From assembly GCA_030424955.1 (NCBI GenBank), contig JAUHVS010000075.1:1-14498 (forward strand): a stretch of 14,498 nt of DNA, written 5' to 3'. Of the stretch, positions 5,737 through 13,855 are shown in pieces. The notes under the pieces are model-generated. The model was given only the letters and a program-made list of their open reading frames with translations, made no database searches and had not been told where the DNA came from. A program made the translations under genes and the position numbers. Origin of the DNA: a bacterium (GTDB lineage: Bacteria; Myxococcota_A; Bradymonadia; UBA7976; UBA1532). Position 1 is the first letter of the stretch, and the number at the start of each line of letters is the position of its first letter.

Positions 5737-8700
5737 TTACCGCTTGAGCGAGCGGTCCAGCTTGCGCAGCTCGGTCAGGAGCTCATCGACCTTGGCCCCC
5801 ACGGCCTGCGCGTCCGCCAGGTTCTTGGTCGAGGCCTGCACCAGCGGCACCAGCGTGCGCTCCACGATCTGCACCTGCTGCGCGAGGAACTCCTCGACGC
5901 CCTTCGGGCTCTGCACCGTGACCTCGAGCTGCGGGTGCGCCAGGCGGCTGAGGGCGTCGGTGAGGGCCTGGATGGTGGCGGCGTCCAGGCTGCCCGTGCG
6001 CGACACGCTGACCTGGGGGAACTCCGGCTGCGTGTCCGTGAGCCCCGCGGCCTTGCGGTAGCCGGGGGGCAGCAGGCCCTTCTGAGAGGCCCCCAGCGGG
6101 GGCAGCGGCGGCGGCGTCTTGCCGTCCGCGGCGGGCGGCGCGGCGCCGGGCTGAACGCTCAGCCCCGCCAGCGCCTGCGCGATGGCGTCGAGCTTGCCGG
6201 CCAGGGCGCCGCCCGTGGGGCCCTGCTGCAGCGCCTCGCGGATGCCCTGCACCTGCCCCGCGAGGGCGCGGAACACCTTCTCCTGCTCCAGGCCCTGCGC
6301 CATCATCGCGCGGATGCCCGCGAGGCCCTTGCCCAGCTCGCCGATGGCCTGCTCGGTGGCGCCCGCGCCGCCCAGGCGCTCGCTCACCGTGCCCAGCCGC
6401 TCCGCGATGCTCGCCAGCGAGCGCTCCGTGGCGCCCGCCTGACCCAGCTTGGCCGTCAGCGCCCCAAGGTGGGTGCCGATGCCCGCCAGCGCGGCCTCGG
6501 TCTGCTTGCCCCCACCCTCGGCCAGGGCGGCGCCGATGCGGTCGAGCTGCTCGCTGATGCCCGCGAGGGTCGCCGCGACCCGGGTGGCGGGATCGTCCGT
6601 GGCCCCCCCGCTGATCTGCACCCGCCGGTAGCCGCGCTGGATCTCTGCCCAGCGCTCAGCCTCGGCCTCGGTGAGCTGCCCGCGCAGCTCGGCCAGCTTG
6701 AGCAGGTTGTTCTCGGCGCCCGTGGTCAGCGTCTGGCTCTCGCCGCGGTAGTGGTCGGTGATCAGGGCCTCGACCTCGTCGGCGTTCTGGGCCGCCACCA
6801 CCTTCTCGGCCAGCTTGTTCATGTTGCGGTACGAGCCCTGCAACTTGAACGGCGGCTCGCTGCGGAAGGCGTCGTCCATGCTGGCGCTGCGCACGTACTG
6901 CTGGTTCACCGACAGCACCACCCGCTGGATGGTGCGCAGCCGCTTGAAGACCTCGACGATCTCGTTGACCTCCACCGCCGAGTAGCCGTGCTTGAGGTCG
7001 GTCAGCGGCACCTCGGCGCCGTCGGCCATCTCGATGAGCTTGTAGACGTCGGCCTGAGGCCGCACCGCCAGGGGGGCCAGCGCCGAGTTGCTGGTCAGCG
7101 AGTTCTCCAGGTAGCTCAGCTCGAAGGCGTCGCGGCTGCCGCTGAGGATCTCGCCCAGGTTGTAGGTGTCGGCGCGGTTGGCGAGCATGTCGGGGATGAC
7201 GAACTTGTCGCCGGTCTCGGTGTACGGGTTGCCCGCCATGATCACGCAGAACTTCTTGCCCCGCATGTCGTAGGTGCGCGTGCGCCCCCGCCAGACGCCC
7301 TCGATGCGGCGCTGGGCGTCGCACAGCGAGATGAACTTCTGCATGAACTCGGGGTGCAGGTGCTGCACGTCGTCGAGGTACAGCATCACGTTGCTGCCCA
7401 TCTCGAAGGCCAGGTTGACCTTCTCGACCTCCTGGCGCGCCGTGGCGTTGGGCGCCTCGGCGGGGTCCAGCGACAGCACCTGGTGGCCCAGCGACGGGCC
7501 GTTGACCTTCACGAACACCAGCCCCAGCCGGTTGGCCACGTACTCCATCAGCGTGGTCTTGCCGTAGCCCGGGGGGCTGGTGAGCAGCAGCAGGCCCATC
7601 AGATCCGTGCGCTTGCCCGCGCCCGCGGCGCCCATCTGCTTGGCGAGGTTGTCGCCCACCAGCGGCAGGTACACGTCGTTGATGAGCTTGTTGCGCACGA
7701 AGGCGCTCATGACCTTCGGCTGGAACTCGTTGAGCCGCAGCCGCTGCCGGGCCGCCTCGACCACCTGCTGGCGCACCTCGCGGTAGCGCCGGTAGCCCGG
7801 CACGCGCTCGGCGATGAAGGCGCTGAGCCGCCCCATGAAGGCGTCCAGGCGCAGGGGCATGCTGCGGTCGTGGATGCGCGGGTGCTGCCCGAACAGGCCG
7901 GTGAGGGTGAGGCGGGTGACCGCGCTCGACGGCTCTCGTGGGAGGGCCTCGCCCAGGGCCACGACGCCCGCGGCCTCCAGCAGCAGCTCGGCGTCGAGCG
8001 GGGGGGCGGTCGCGTCCCCCTGGGCCGCCGCGTGGTGGGCGGCGTAGGTCTCGAGCCACGCGGTGGCGAGCTCCAGCCGGCCCGGCAGGTCTTGGTTCAG
8101 GGCGCGCAGATCGTCGTCAAAGGCGCGGCGATCGCCGCTGGTGTCGAGCTGGGCCAGCAGGCCGCTCACCAGATCCAGCGCCTCGCGGCTGGTGGTGAAG
8201 CGCGGGCGCTCGGCGGCCAGCTCCTCGACCAGGTAGGTGGCGGCGAGGGGCGCGTGCGGGACGAGCTCGCCCAGGCCGGCGGCGGGCAGGGCCTCGGTCA
8301 TCGCCGCTGCGATCTGGTCGCCGAGCACGTTCAGCGCGGGGTGGCTGCCCAGGCTGTCGCGCAGGCGGCTCAGGCTGCGGGCCTTGCGGTGCCAGCGGGC
8401 CTTGGCGTCGGCGTCGGTGTAGCCGGTCCAGAACAGCAGCGCGGCTGTGCGGGGCGCGGGCGCGAAGCGCAGCAGGCCCGCGGCCTGGCGCATGTGCAGC
8501 AGCTTCTCGAGGATCAGCGTGGCGTCGGCGTCGTGCAGCCCGCGCTCGTAGCCCTCGTCGTAGCGGGTCTGCGCCTGCTCGCGCACGAGGGCCAGCAGGC
8601 CGCCCTCGGATCGGGTGGCGTCCAGCAGGGCCTGCACCGTCAGGCCGCCCTCGCCGCGCTCGGCGGCGAAGAGCAGCGTCGCCGCCAGATACTCGGCCCG

Positions 8701-11475
8701 GTAGACGGTGGGATCCTCGCTGATGAGGGTCTGCGCCCAGTAGTCGCGGGTCGCCACGAAGGCGGGGTCGTCGATGGGCTCGTAGAAGTCGGTGCCCGTC
8801 AGGTGCAGGGCCATCTCGCCCTCGCCGCGGGGCACGATGGCCAGCTCCAGCGGGCGGGTGTTCACCGTGAACTGGTGGTTGCCCAGGCTGATGAGATCGC
8901 CGCCGCCCTCGAAGAGCTCCAGCTTGTCGCGCAGGCCGCGCAGGGCGTCGTTGCGCGCGCCCTTGAGCTGCCCCAGCAGGGCCTCGGCCCGCACCCCGTC
9001 GCCCAGCTCGCCCAGCTGCTCCGCCAGGCGGCGCAGCTTCATGATCATCGCGTCGCTGGCGAAGAACGCGTTGAGCTCGGTCTCGTCCTTGAAGGCGCGG
9101 GCCCGGCGGGCGACGCCCTCCAGGATGCGGGTGGCGGCGCCCTGGATGTTCTGGGCGCGGCGGTTGCGCTCGTCGAGCAGGGTCTGCTTGCGGGCGCCGA
9201 AGGCGTCGAACACCTCTTCGCGCTTGGCCGCCAGATCGCCCAGGAACTCGTCGAACTCGCTGAAGCGGGCCTCGAGCTCCTCGAGCTGCACCATCAGCCG
9301 GCCCTGCTCGTCGTCGCAGCGCTCGGGCGTGTCGCACATGGCCAGCGCGCTCGACACGCTCTGGCCGAACAGCTTGAACTGGGCGCCGAACTCGGCGCGG
9401 CCCTCGCGGCCCAGCAGCGACTTGCGGCGGCCCTCCAGGGTGGCGCGCACCCGGTTGAGCTGGCCGAAGACGTCGCTGATGTCCTCGAGGATCTGCGTGC
9501 GCGCCGTGGCGTCGTCGATCTCGAGCCCGCTGATGACCTCGGTCAGCAGATCCAGGCCCTGGGCGAGGGCCTCCAGGCGGGCCCGCAGCGGATCGATCTC
9601 GGCGACCTTCTCGCAGCGCTCGATGTCGCCGTCGAGGGTCTCCAGGTCGCGCTTCAGCGGCCCCAGCGACTCGTCGCGCAGCAGGAACTGCACGCACTCG
9701 CGGGTGATGCGGTCGAAGTGCTCGCTCGCCTCGGCGTCGAGGGTGTCGAGCCGCGCGCGATCGATGTAGCGCGTCTCCTGCTTGCTGATGATCTCGCCGC
9801 GCAGGGTGCGCAGGCCCGTGAGCGCCTTGAGGAAGGCCTCGACGGTGTTCAGCTCGCTGGTGGACAGGCTGCGGGTGACCTCGGCGTAGCGGGCCTCGGC
9901 GGTGGCGAGCACCTCGGCGGCCTGCTGGCGGAACGCCACCACCTTCTCGAACTCGTCGACGATCAGCTCAGCGGTGCGCTTGAGATCAGCCAGCCGGGGC
10001 GCGACGCCCACCTCGGCGTGGCCCAGCCAGTGGTAGCTGTCCGACATGCGGCCCAGGCCGCGGATCAGATCCTCGTAGGTCTGGCGGTCGGGGGTGGAGT
10101 TGTCCACCAGCCGGCACAGGCTGTAGGCGTCGCTGATCCCGCGCACCAGATCGGCGTTGCCCACCTTGGCCAGGTACGATCCGTCGGTGGGCGCCTGCGC
10201 GGCGAACTCCGCCGACGTGAAGGGCGTCTGCCACACCTGCATCGGGTGCACGCGGGTGGCGGCCTCGCTCGCGGTGCGGAACACCACCATGCGGCCGTCA
10301 TCGAAGATGCTGTAGCCGTGGCAGTAGATGGGGTTCTGCACCTCTTTGCGGATCAGGTTGTACGGCAGCAGCGCGTACAGGCCGGTGGCGCCCTCGTAGA
10401 AGACGTAGAGCACGTCCTCGCCGTTGGGGCTCTTGAGCGCGCGCTTGAACCGCAGGCCCGGCGGGGCGTTGTCGAAGACCTTGTAGTCGCCGGTGCGCAG
10501 GTAGTAGCCGCCGGGGAAGATCACGCCGTGATCCTCGGGCAGCTGCACGCAGGCGCGGCCGATGGCGTCGATGCGCGCGGCGCTCTGCGTGCGGGCGTTG
10601 AACACCAGGTAGCGGTAGGTCTCCTCGCGGTACGGCTTGATCTTCAGCAGCACCAGCTCGCCGAGCCGGGCGTAGTGGATCTCGCCGTCATCGAGGGTCT
10701 GGTTGGCGTCGTCGACGGGCTCGCGGTAGACGCCGGCGCCGTCGGCGGTGTTGTTCTCGACCTTGATGGTCAGATCACCGCCGACGGTCTCGACGAAGCA
10801 CACGTCCTCGATGTTGATGTGCGGGTGCTCGCCGCTGACCTGCATCTCGCGGGTGGTGGCGGTCCACTCGAAGTCGTGGCTGGGCGGCCACGTGTAGTCC
10901 CGGTCCCCGCGGTTGTCGATGTAGGTGAGCCGGCCGTCCTTCTCGACGCGCCAGCGGAACACCTTGATGTCGGCCTCGGCGGGGCCGATGCGGAACAGCG
11001 CCAGCAGCAGGGTGTCGGTCTTGCGCAGCTGCTCCAGCCGCGTCTCGCGGTAGTAGCGGTACAGGTCGGTGAAGGCTTTGACGAACTGCGGATCGGCGAG
11101 GAAGCCGCCCACCGCCTGATCGAGGGGGGCCGCGGCGAACTCGAGCCCATCGGCCGACTCGGTGTAGCCCTGGACGCTGAACACGTCTGAGACGGCGGTC
11201 TCTTGCTTGAGCCCCAGGAACACGTTGTAGGCCAGCAGCAGCTGCCCACCGACCTGAACGATGTCGCGGGGCACGCAGTTGTTCTCGGTGCGCACCCGGG
11301 CGTTGGTGGTGATGGCCAGCTCGTTGCCGCCGAACACCTCGGTGCGGGCAGCGTTGAGGGCGTCGACCTGAGCGCGCAGGGCCTTGCCCTGGCTCACCAG
11401 CCGCCCGCGGATCACCTCGTAGTTGCCGGCCTCAACGGCGGCGTCCGCCTGATCGACCTGCTGCTCGTCCGCCAT
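5737..11475 (-). CDS. Giant (1912 aa) multi-domain protein with central AAA+ (AAA_5/MoxR-McrB-dynein-like) ATPase, long unassigned N-terminal region, C-terminal Gly/Ala-rich helical repeat array, Pro-rich linker and small C-terminal domain
   Basis: Uninterrupted 5739-nt ORF with strong GC3 bias. ATG at 11475 is preceded by GAGGGAG (SD-like) 4 nt upstream. Walker A SPPGYGKTT (aa 1300-1308; nt 7552-7578). Walker B MLYLDD (D1368-D1369; nt 7369-7374). Sensor-1-like CVIMAGNP (N1416). Arg in LANRADTYNL (R1434). Stop TAA/TGA read at 5737. Confidence 0.9.
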   Translation of the reverse strand: MADEQQVDQADAAVEAGNYEVIRGRLVSQGKALRAQVDALNAARTEVFGGNELAITTNARVRTENNCVPRDIVQVGGQLLLAYNVFLGLKQETAVSDVFSVQGYTESADGLEFAAAPLDQAVGGFLADPQFVKAFTDLYRYYRETRLEQLRKTDTLLLALFRIGPAEADIKVFRWRVEKDGRLTYIDNRGDRDYTWPPSHDFEWTATTREMQVSGEHPHINIEDVCFVETVGGDLTIKVENNTADGAGVYREPVDDANQTLDDGEIHYARLGELVLLKIKPYREETYRYLVFNARTQSAARIDAIGRACVQLPEDHGVIFPGGYYLRTGDYKVFDNAPPGLRFKRALKSPNGEDVLYVFYEGATGLYALLPYNLIRKEVQNPIYCHGYSIFDDGRMVVFRTASEAATRVHPMQVWQTPFTSAEFAAQAPTDGSYLAKVGNADLVRGISDAYSLCRLVDNSTPDRQTYEDLIRGLGRMSDSYHWLGHAEVGVAPRLADLKRTAELIVDEFEKVVAFRQQAAEVLATAEARYAEVTRSLSTSELNTVEAFLKALTGLRTLRGEIISKQETRYIDRARLDTLDAEASEHFDRITRECVQFLLRDESLGPLKRDLETLDGDIERCEKVAEIDPLRARLEALAQGLDLLTEVISGLEIDDATARTQILEDISDVFGQLNRVRATLEGRRKSLLGREGRAEFGAQFKLFGQSVSSALAMCDTPERCDDEQGRLMVQLEELEARFSEFDEFLGDLAAKREEVFDAFGARKQTLLDERNRRAQNIQGAATRILEGVARRARAFKDETELNAFFASDAMIMKLRRLAEQLGELGDGVRAEALLGQLKGARNDALRGLRDKLELFEGGGDLISLGNHQFTVNTRPLELAIVPRGEGEMALHLTGTDFYEPIDDPAFVATRDYWAQTLISEDPTVYRAEYLAATLLFAAERGEGGLTVQALLDATRSEGGLLALVREQAQTRYDEGYERGLHDADATLILEKLLHMRQAAGLLRFAPAPRTAALLFWTGYTDADAKARWHRKARSLSRLRDSLGSHPALNVLGDQIAAAMTEALPAAGLGELVPHAPLAATYLVEELAAERPRFTTSREALDLVSGLLAQLDTSGDRRAFDDDLRALNQDLPGRLELATAWLETYAAHHAAAQGDATAPPLDAELLLEAAGVVALGEALPREPSSAVTRLTLTGLFGQHPRIHDRSMPLRLDAFMGRLSAFIAERVPGYRRYREVRQQVVEAARQRLRLNEFQPKVMSAFVRNKLINDVYLPLVGDNLAKQMGAAGAGKRTDLMGLLLLTSPPGYGKTTLMEYVANRLGLVFVKVNGPSLGHQVLSLDPAEAPNATARQEVEKVNLAFEMGSNVMLYLDDVQHLHPEFMQKFISLCDAQRRIEGVWRGRTRTYDMRGKKFCVIMAGNPYTETGDKFVIPDMLANRADTYNLGEILSGSRDAFELSYLENSLTSNSALAPLAVRPQADVYKLIEMADGAEVPLTDLKHGYSAVEVNEIVEVFKRLRTIQRVVLSVNQQYVRSASMDDAFRSEPPFKLQGSYRNMNKLAEKVVAAQNADEVEALITDHYRGESQTLTTGAENNLLKLAELRGQLTEAEAERWAEIQRGYRRVQISGGATDDPATRVAATLAGISEQLDRIGAALAEGGGKQTEAALAGIGTHLGALTAKLGQAGATERSLASIAERLGTVSERLGGAGATEQAIGELGKGLAGIRAMMAQGLEQEKVFRALAGQVQGIREALQQGPTGGALAGKLDAIAQALAGLSVQPGAAPPAADGKTPPPLPPLGASQKGLLPPGYRKAAGLTDTQPEFPQVSVSRTGSLDAATIQALTDALSRLAHPQLEVTVQSPKGVEEFLAQQVQIVERTLVPLVQASTKNLADAQAVGAKVDELLTELRKLDRSLKR
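6150..6591 (-). repeat. Coding array of ~6 Gly/Ala-rich amphipathic helical repeats (~24-26 aa each; aa 1629-1775 of the giant protein)
   Basis: Protein: VAATLAGISEQLDRIGAALAEGGGKQ / TEAALAGIGTHLGALTAKLGQAGATE / RSLASIAERLGTVSERLGGAGATE / QAIGELGKGLAGIRAMMAQGLEQE / KVFRALAGQVQGIREALQQGPTGG / ALAGKLDAIAQALAGLSV. The DNA shows recurring motifs (gcccgccag, ctcgccgatg, gccagggcg). Confidence 0.6.
7150..7670 (-). other. AAA+ ATPase core (AAA_5-like) of the giant protein; Walker A 7552-7578, Walker B 7366-7392
   Basis: GxxGxGKT P-loop. About 60 residues to the hhhhDD Walker B. About 47 residues further to the '...IMAGNP' sensor-1, typical of the MoxR/McrB/dynein AAA_5 clade. Note Asp-Asp instead of the canonical Asp-Glu. 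Confidence 0.7.
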
Positions 11476-11489
11476 GACGCTCCCTCAGC

Positions 11490-11515
11490 GCCGGCCCCGC
11501 GTGGGGCGGGCCGGC
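11490..11515 (-). promoter_or_regulatory. Strong GC hairpin immediately upstream of the SD/ATG of the giant gene (candidate attenuator / processing or stability element)
   Basis: Perfect 8-bp inverted repeat GCCGGCCC (11490-11497) / GGGCCGGC (11508-11515) with a 10-nt loop. On the minus strand it ends 3 nt before GAGGGAG-N4-ATG of the giant gene. Confidence 0.45.
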
Positions 11516-11562
11516 TCGATGGGGTGAGAAGACACAGATGGGGCCCCCGGAGGGGAGGGGCG

Positions 11563-11586
11563 GGCGGCGCCTGACACCGCGCCGCC
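11563..11586 (-). terminator. GC hairpin 11 nt after the flotillin stop codon (candidate partial intrinsic terminator)
   Basis: Perfect 8-bp inverted repeat GGCGGCGC (11563-11570) / GCGCCGCC (11579-11586) with an 8-nt loop. On the minus strand it is followed by a C/T-rich tract (CGCCCCTCCCCTCC...TCTGTGTCTTCTC). Confidence 0.4.
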
Positions 11587-11596
11587 CGGGTCGGCC

Positions 11597-13855
11597 TCAG
11601 CCCTCGACGTCGAGGCCCAGGGCCTTGGCCTGGGCCGCGAGCTGCGCGAGCTTCGTGGCCCGCTCGCCCTCGGCGCCGCTGGCCAGCTTCGTGAGCAGGC
11701 TCGCCAGGCTGACGTTCTTGAGATCCTCGGCGGACACGCCGCTGATCATCTGCGTCAGGTCGTCGGGCAGGCTGCGGGAGCCGTCCAGGTAGCCGCCGAG
11801 GGTCTTCTGGGCGGTCTCGCTGTTGTCCATGAACCCGTCCATGGACTGGCCCAGGCTGACGGCCTTGACGAAGCGATCGAAGAAGGCGCCGTCGCCGCCC
11901 ACGATGTTGATCTTCGCCTGCTGCATGGCGGCGCCCATGACCTGCGCCTGCGCCTGCGCGACGGTGACCTGGGTCTCCATGCGCTTGAAGGCGATGAGCC
12001 GCTGCTGGTCGAGCTGGAAGCGGAACTCCTCGTGGGCCCGGCCCTCGGCGTCCAGCTGCTTCATCGCCAGCGCCTTCTCGGCCAGCCCCTTGGCCTCGGC
12101 CAGGTACTGCTCCTCGGCCGCCTTGGCCTCGGCGATACCGCGCTTCTCGATGGCCTGGGCCTCGGCCTCCTGCACCCGGACCAGGGCCATGCCCTTCTCC
12201 TGGTCGCCGGCGGCCTCGGCCAGCTTGGTGCCGCGCACCACGTCGGCCTGGGCCTCGCCCTCCTTGCGGTGGGCGTCGGCCTTGGCCTCGCGCACCTTCA
12301 CCTCGGCCAGCCCCTTCTGCTCGGTGGCCACGGCGTCGGCCTGGGCCTGCTCCACGCTCACCTTCGCGCGGGCGAGGCCCACCTTCTCGATGGCGCCGGC
12401 CTCGGCCTCCTGCACGCGCACCTTGGCCAGCCCCTCGGCGGCGGACTCGGCCTGCACACCCTCGGCGAGCCGGATCTTCGCGCGGGCCAGCTTGTCGGCG
12501 GCCTCCAGATCGGCCTCGGCCATGGTGAGCTTCTTGCGGGCGTCGTGCTTGGCGACCTCTTCCTGGGCCTCGGCGGCCTTGATGTGCTTGACCAGCTCCT
12601 GCTGGGCCTCGGCCTCGGCGCCGACGATGGTCACCTTCTTGTTTCGCTCCGCCTCGGCGTGGGCGCGCAGGTCCTTGATGCGCTCCTCCTCCTCGGCGAC
12701 GGTCTTCTCGACGGCGATGCGCCCGCGCACCACGTCGGCGATCTCCTTGCGCTGGACCTCGAGGTCCTTCTCCTTGGCGATGCGGCGCAGCTCCACCTCG
12801 CGCTCGCGCCCCACCTCTTCGAGATCGGCGGCCTTCTTGACCCGCACGCCCTCGACGGCGACCTCGCGCTCGCGGGCCTTGTTGGCCACCTCGACGGCGC
12901 GGGCCTTGTTCTCCTCGCCGATCTGCACCTCTTCCTGGGCCTTCTGGCGGGTCAGCGCCGTGCGCTTCTCCTCCTCGGCGCGCACCCGCTCGGCCTCGTT
13001 GCCCTCGCGGGTCTGGGCGATGGCGATCTCTTTGTCCTTCTTCGCCTGGGCGTCGGCGCGGGCCTGCTCGAAGCGGTAGACCGCCTCGTCCGCCGTCAGA
13101 TCCTGACGGCCGATGTCCATGCGCTCCTTCTGCTTGAGCTCGTTGGTCTGCACGTTCTGCATGGCCGTGAGCTCGGTGATCTTGCGGATACCCTGGGCGT
13201 CCAGGACGTTCGCCGGATCGAGCTTGCTGAGCGGGGTCTGCTCCAGGAAGTCGATGGCCGCGTCCTCGAGGGCGTAGCCGTTGAGGTCCTGGCCGATGAC
13301 CTCGATGATCTGGTCCTTGAAGTCATCGCGCTGGGTGTAGAGCTGCTCGAACTCGAGCCGCTTGCCCACGGTCTTCAGGGCCTCCGAGAACTTCGCCAGG
13401 AACAGCTCCTGCAGCGTCTCGTGGTGGCTGGCGCGGGCGCAGCCGATGGCCTGGGCGACCTTCAGCACGTCGTCCTTGGTCTTGTTGACCCGCACGAAGA
13501 AGGTGACCTGGATGTCGGCGCGGATGTTGTCTTTGCAGATCAGGCCCTCGTGGCCCTCGCGCTTCAGCTCGATGGCCTTGACCGAGATGTCCATCACCTC
13601 GGCCTTGTGGATGATGGGGACCACCACCCCGCCGGTGAACGTGACGTCGGGCTCGGCCCGCATCTTGTTGATGATCAACGCCTTGCCCTGCTCCACCTTG
13701 CGGTAGAACTTGGCGATCATCACCGCCACGCCCGCGAGGACGAGGACGACGATCCCAAAGCGACGGCCCTGAGCGCCTGACCTCGTGAGTCGGTCCACGA
13801 GAGACGCCTTAGAAGCGGACGACGAAGCCGCCTGGGCCGGTGGGGACCGCACCAC
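11597..13855 (-). CDS. SPFH/Band-7 flotillin-family membrane protein (long form, 752 aa) with extended Glu/Ala-rich coiled-coil
   Basis: N-terminal TM hairpin (FGIVVLVLAGVAVMIA). SPFH-like core (KFYRKVEQGKALIINKMRAEPDVTFTGGVVVPIIHKAEVMDISVKAIEL...KDNIRADIQVTFFVRV...). Long EA-rich flotillin-type repeats (RVQEAEAGAIEKVGLARAK... duplicated). Stop TGA at 11597-11599. Start uncertain: ATG 13855 overlaps the upstream gene by 47 nt, or GTG 13798 lies 8 nt after the upstream stop. Confidence 0.88.
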   Translation of the reverse strand: MVRSPPAQAASSSASKASLVDRLTRSGAQGRRFGIVVLVLAGVAVMIAKFYRKVEQGKALIINKMRAEPDVTFTGGVVVPIIHKAEVMDISVKAIELKREGHEGLICKDNIRADIQVTFFVRVNKTKDDVLKVAQAIGCARASHHETLQELFLAKFSEALKTVGKRLEFEQLYTQRDDFKDQIIEVIGQDLNGYALEDAAIDFLEQTPLSKLDPANVLDAQGIRKITELTAMQNVQTNELKQKERMDIGRQDLTADEAVYRFEQARADAQAKKDKEIAIAQTREGNEAERVRAEEEKRTALTRQKAQEEVQIGEENKARAVEVANKAREREVAVEGVRVKKAADLEEVGREREVELRRIAKEKDLEVQRKEIADVVRGRIAVEKTVAEEEERIKDLRAHAEAERNKKVTIVGAEAEAQQELVKHIKAAEAQEEVAKHDARKKLTMAEADLEAADKLARAKIRLAEGVQAESAAEGLAKVRVQEAEAGAIEKVGLARAKVSVEQAQADAVATEQKGLAEVKVREAKADAHRKEGEAQADVVRGTKLAEAAGDQEKGMALVRVQEAEAQAIEKRGIAEAKAAEEQYLAEAKGLAEKALAMKQLDAEGRAHEEFRFQLDQQRLIAFKRMETQVTVAQAQAQVMGAAMQQAKINIVGGDGAFFDRFVKAVSLGQSMDGFMDNSETAQKTLGGYLDGSRSLPDDLTQMISGVSAEDLKNVSLASLLTKLASGAEGERATKLAQLAAQAKALGLDVEG

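Noticed and set aside
6656-9697. 467-aa and 526-aa minus-strand ORFs in alternative frames within the giant gene
   Set aside because: Arg/Pro/Gly-rich off-frame products, wholly inside the 1912-aa ORF.
5935-11190. 1751-aa ORF on the + strand, antisense to the giant gene
   Set aside because: Artefact of about 72% GC with G/C-rich third positions. Stops (TAA/TAG/TGA) are rare in any frame of the antisense strand. The translation is low-complexity Arg/Ala/Gly/Leu-rich with no motifs. The minus-strand frame carries clear AAA+ motifs and GC3 bias.
11823-13780. 418-aa and 582-aa plus-strand ORFs antisense to the flotillin gene
   Set aside because: Antisense to a clear SPFH/flotillin coding frame. 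Translations are Ser/Ala/Leu/Gly low-complexity.
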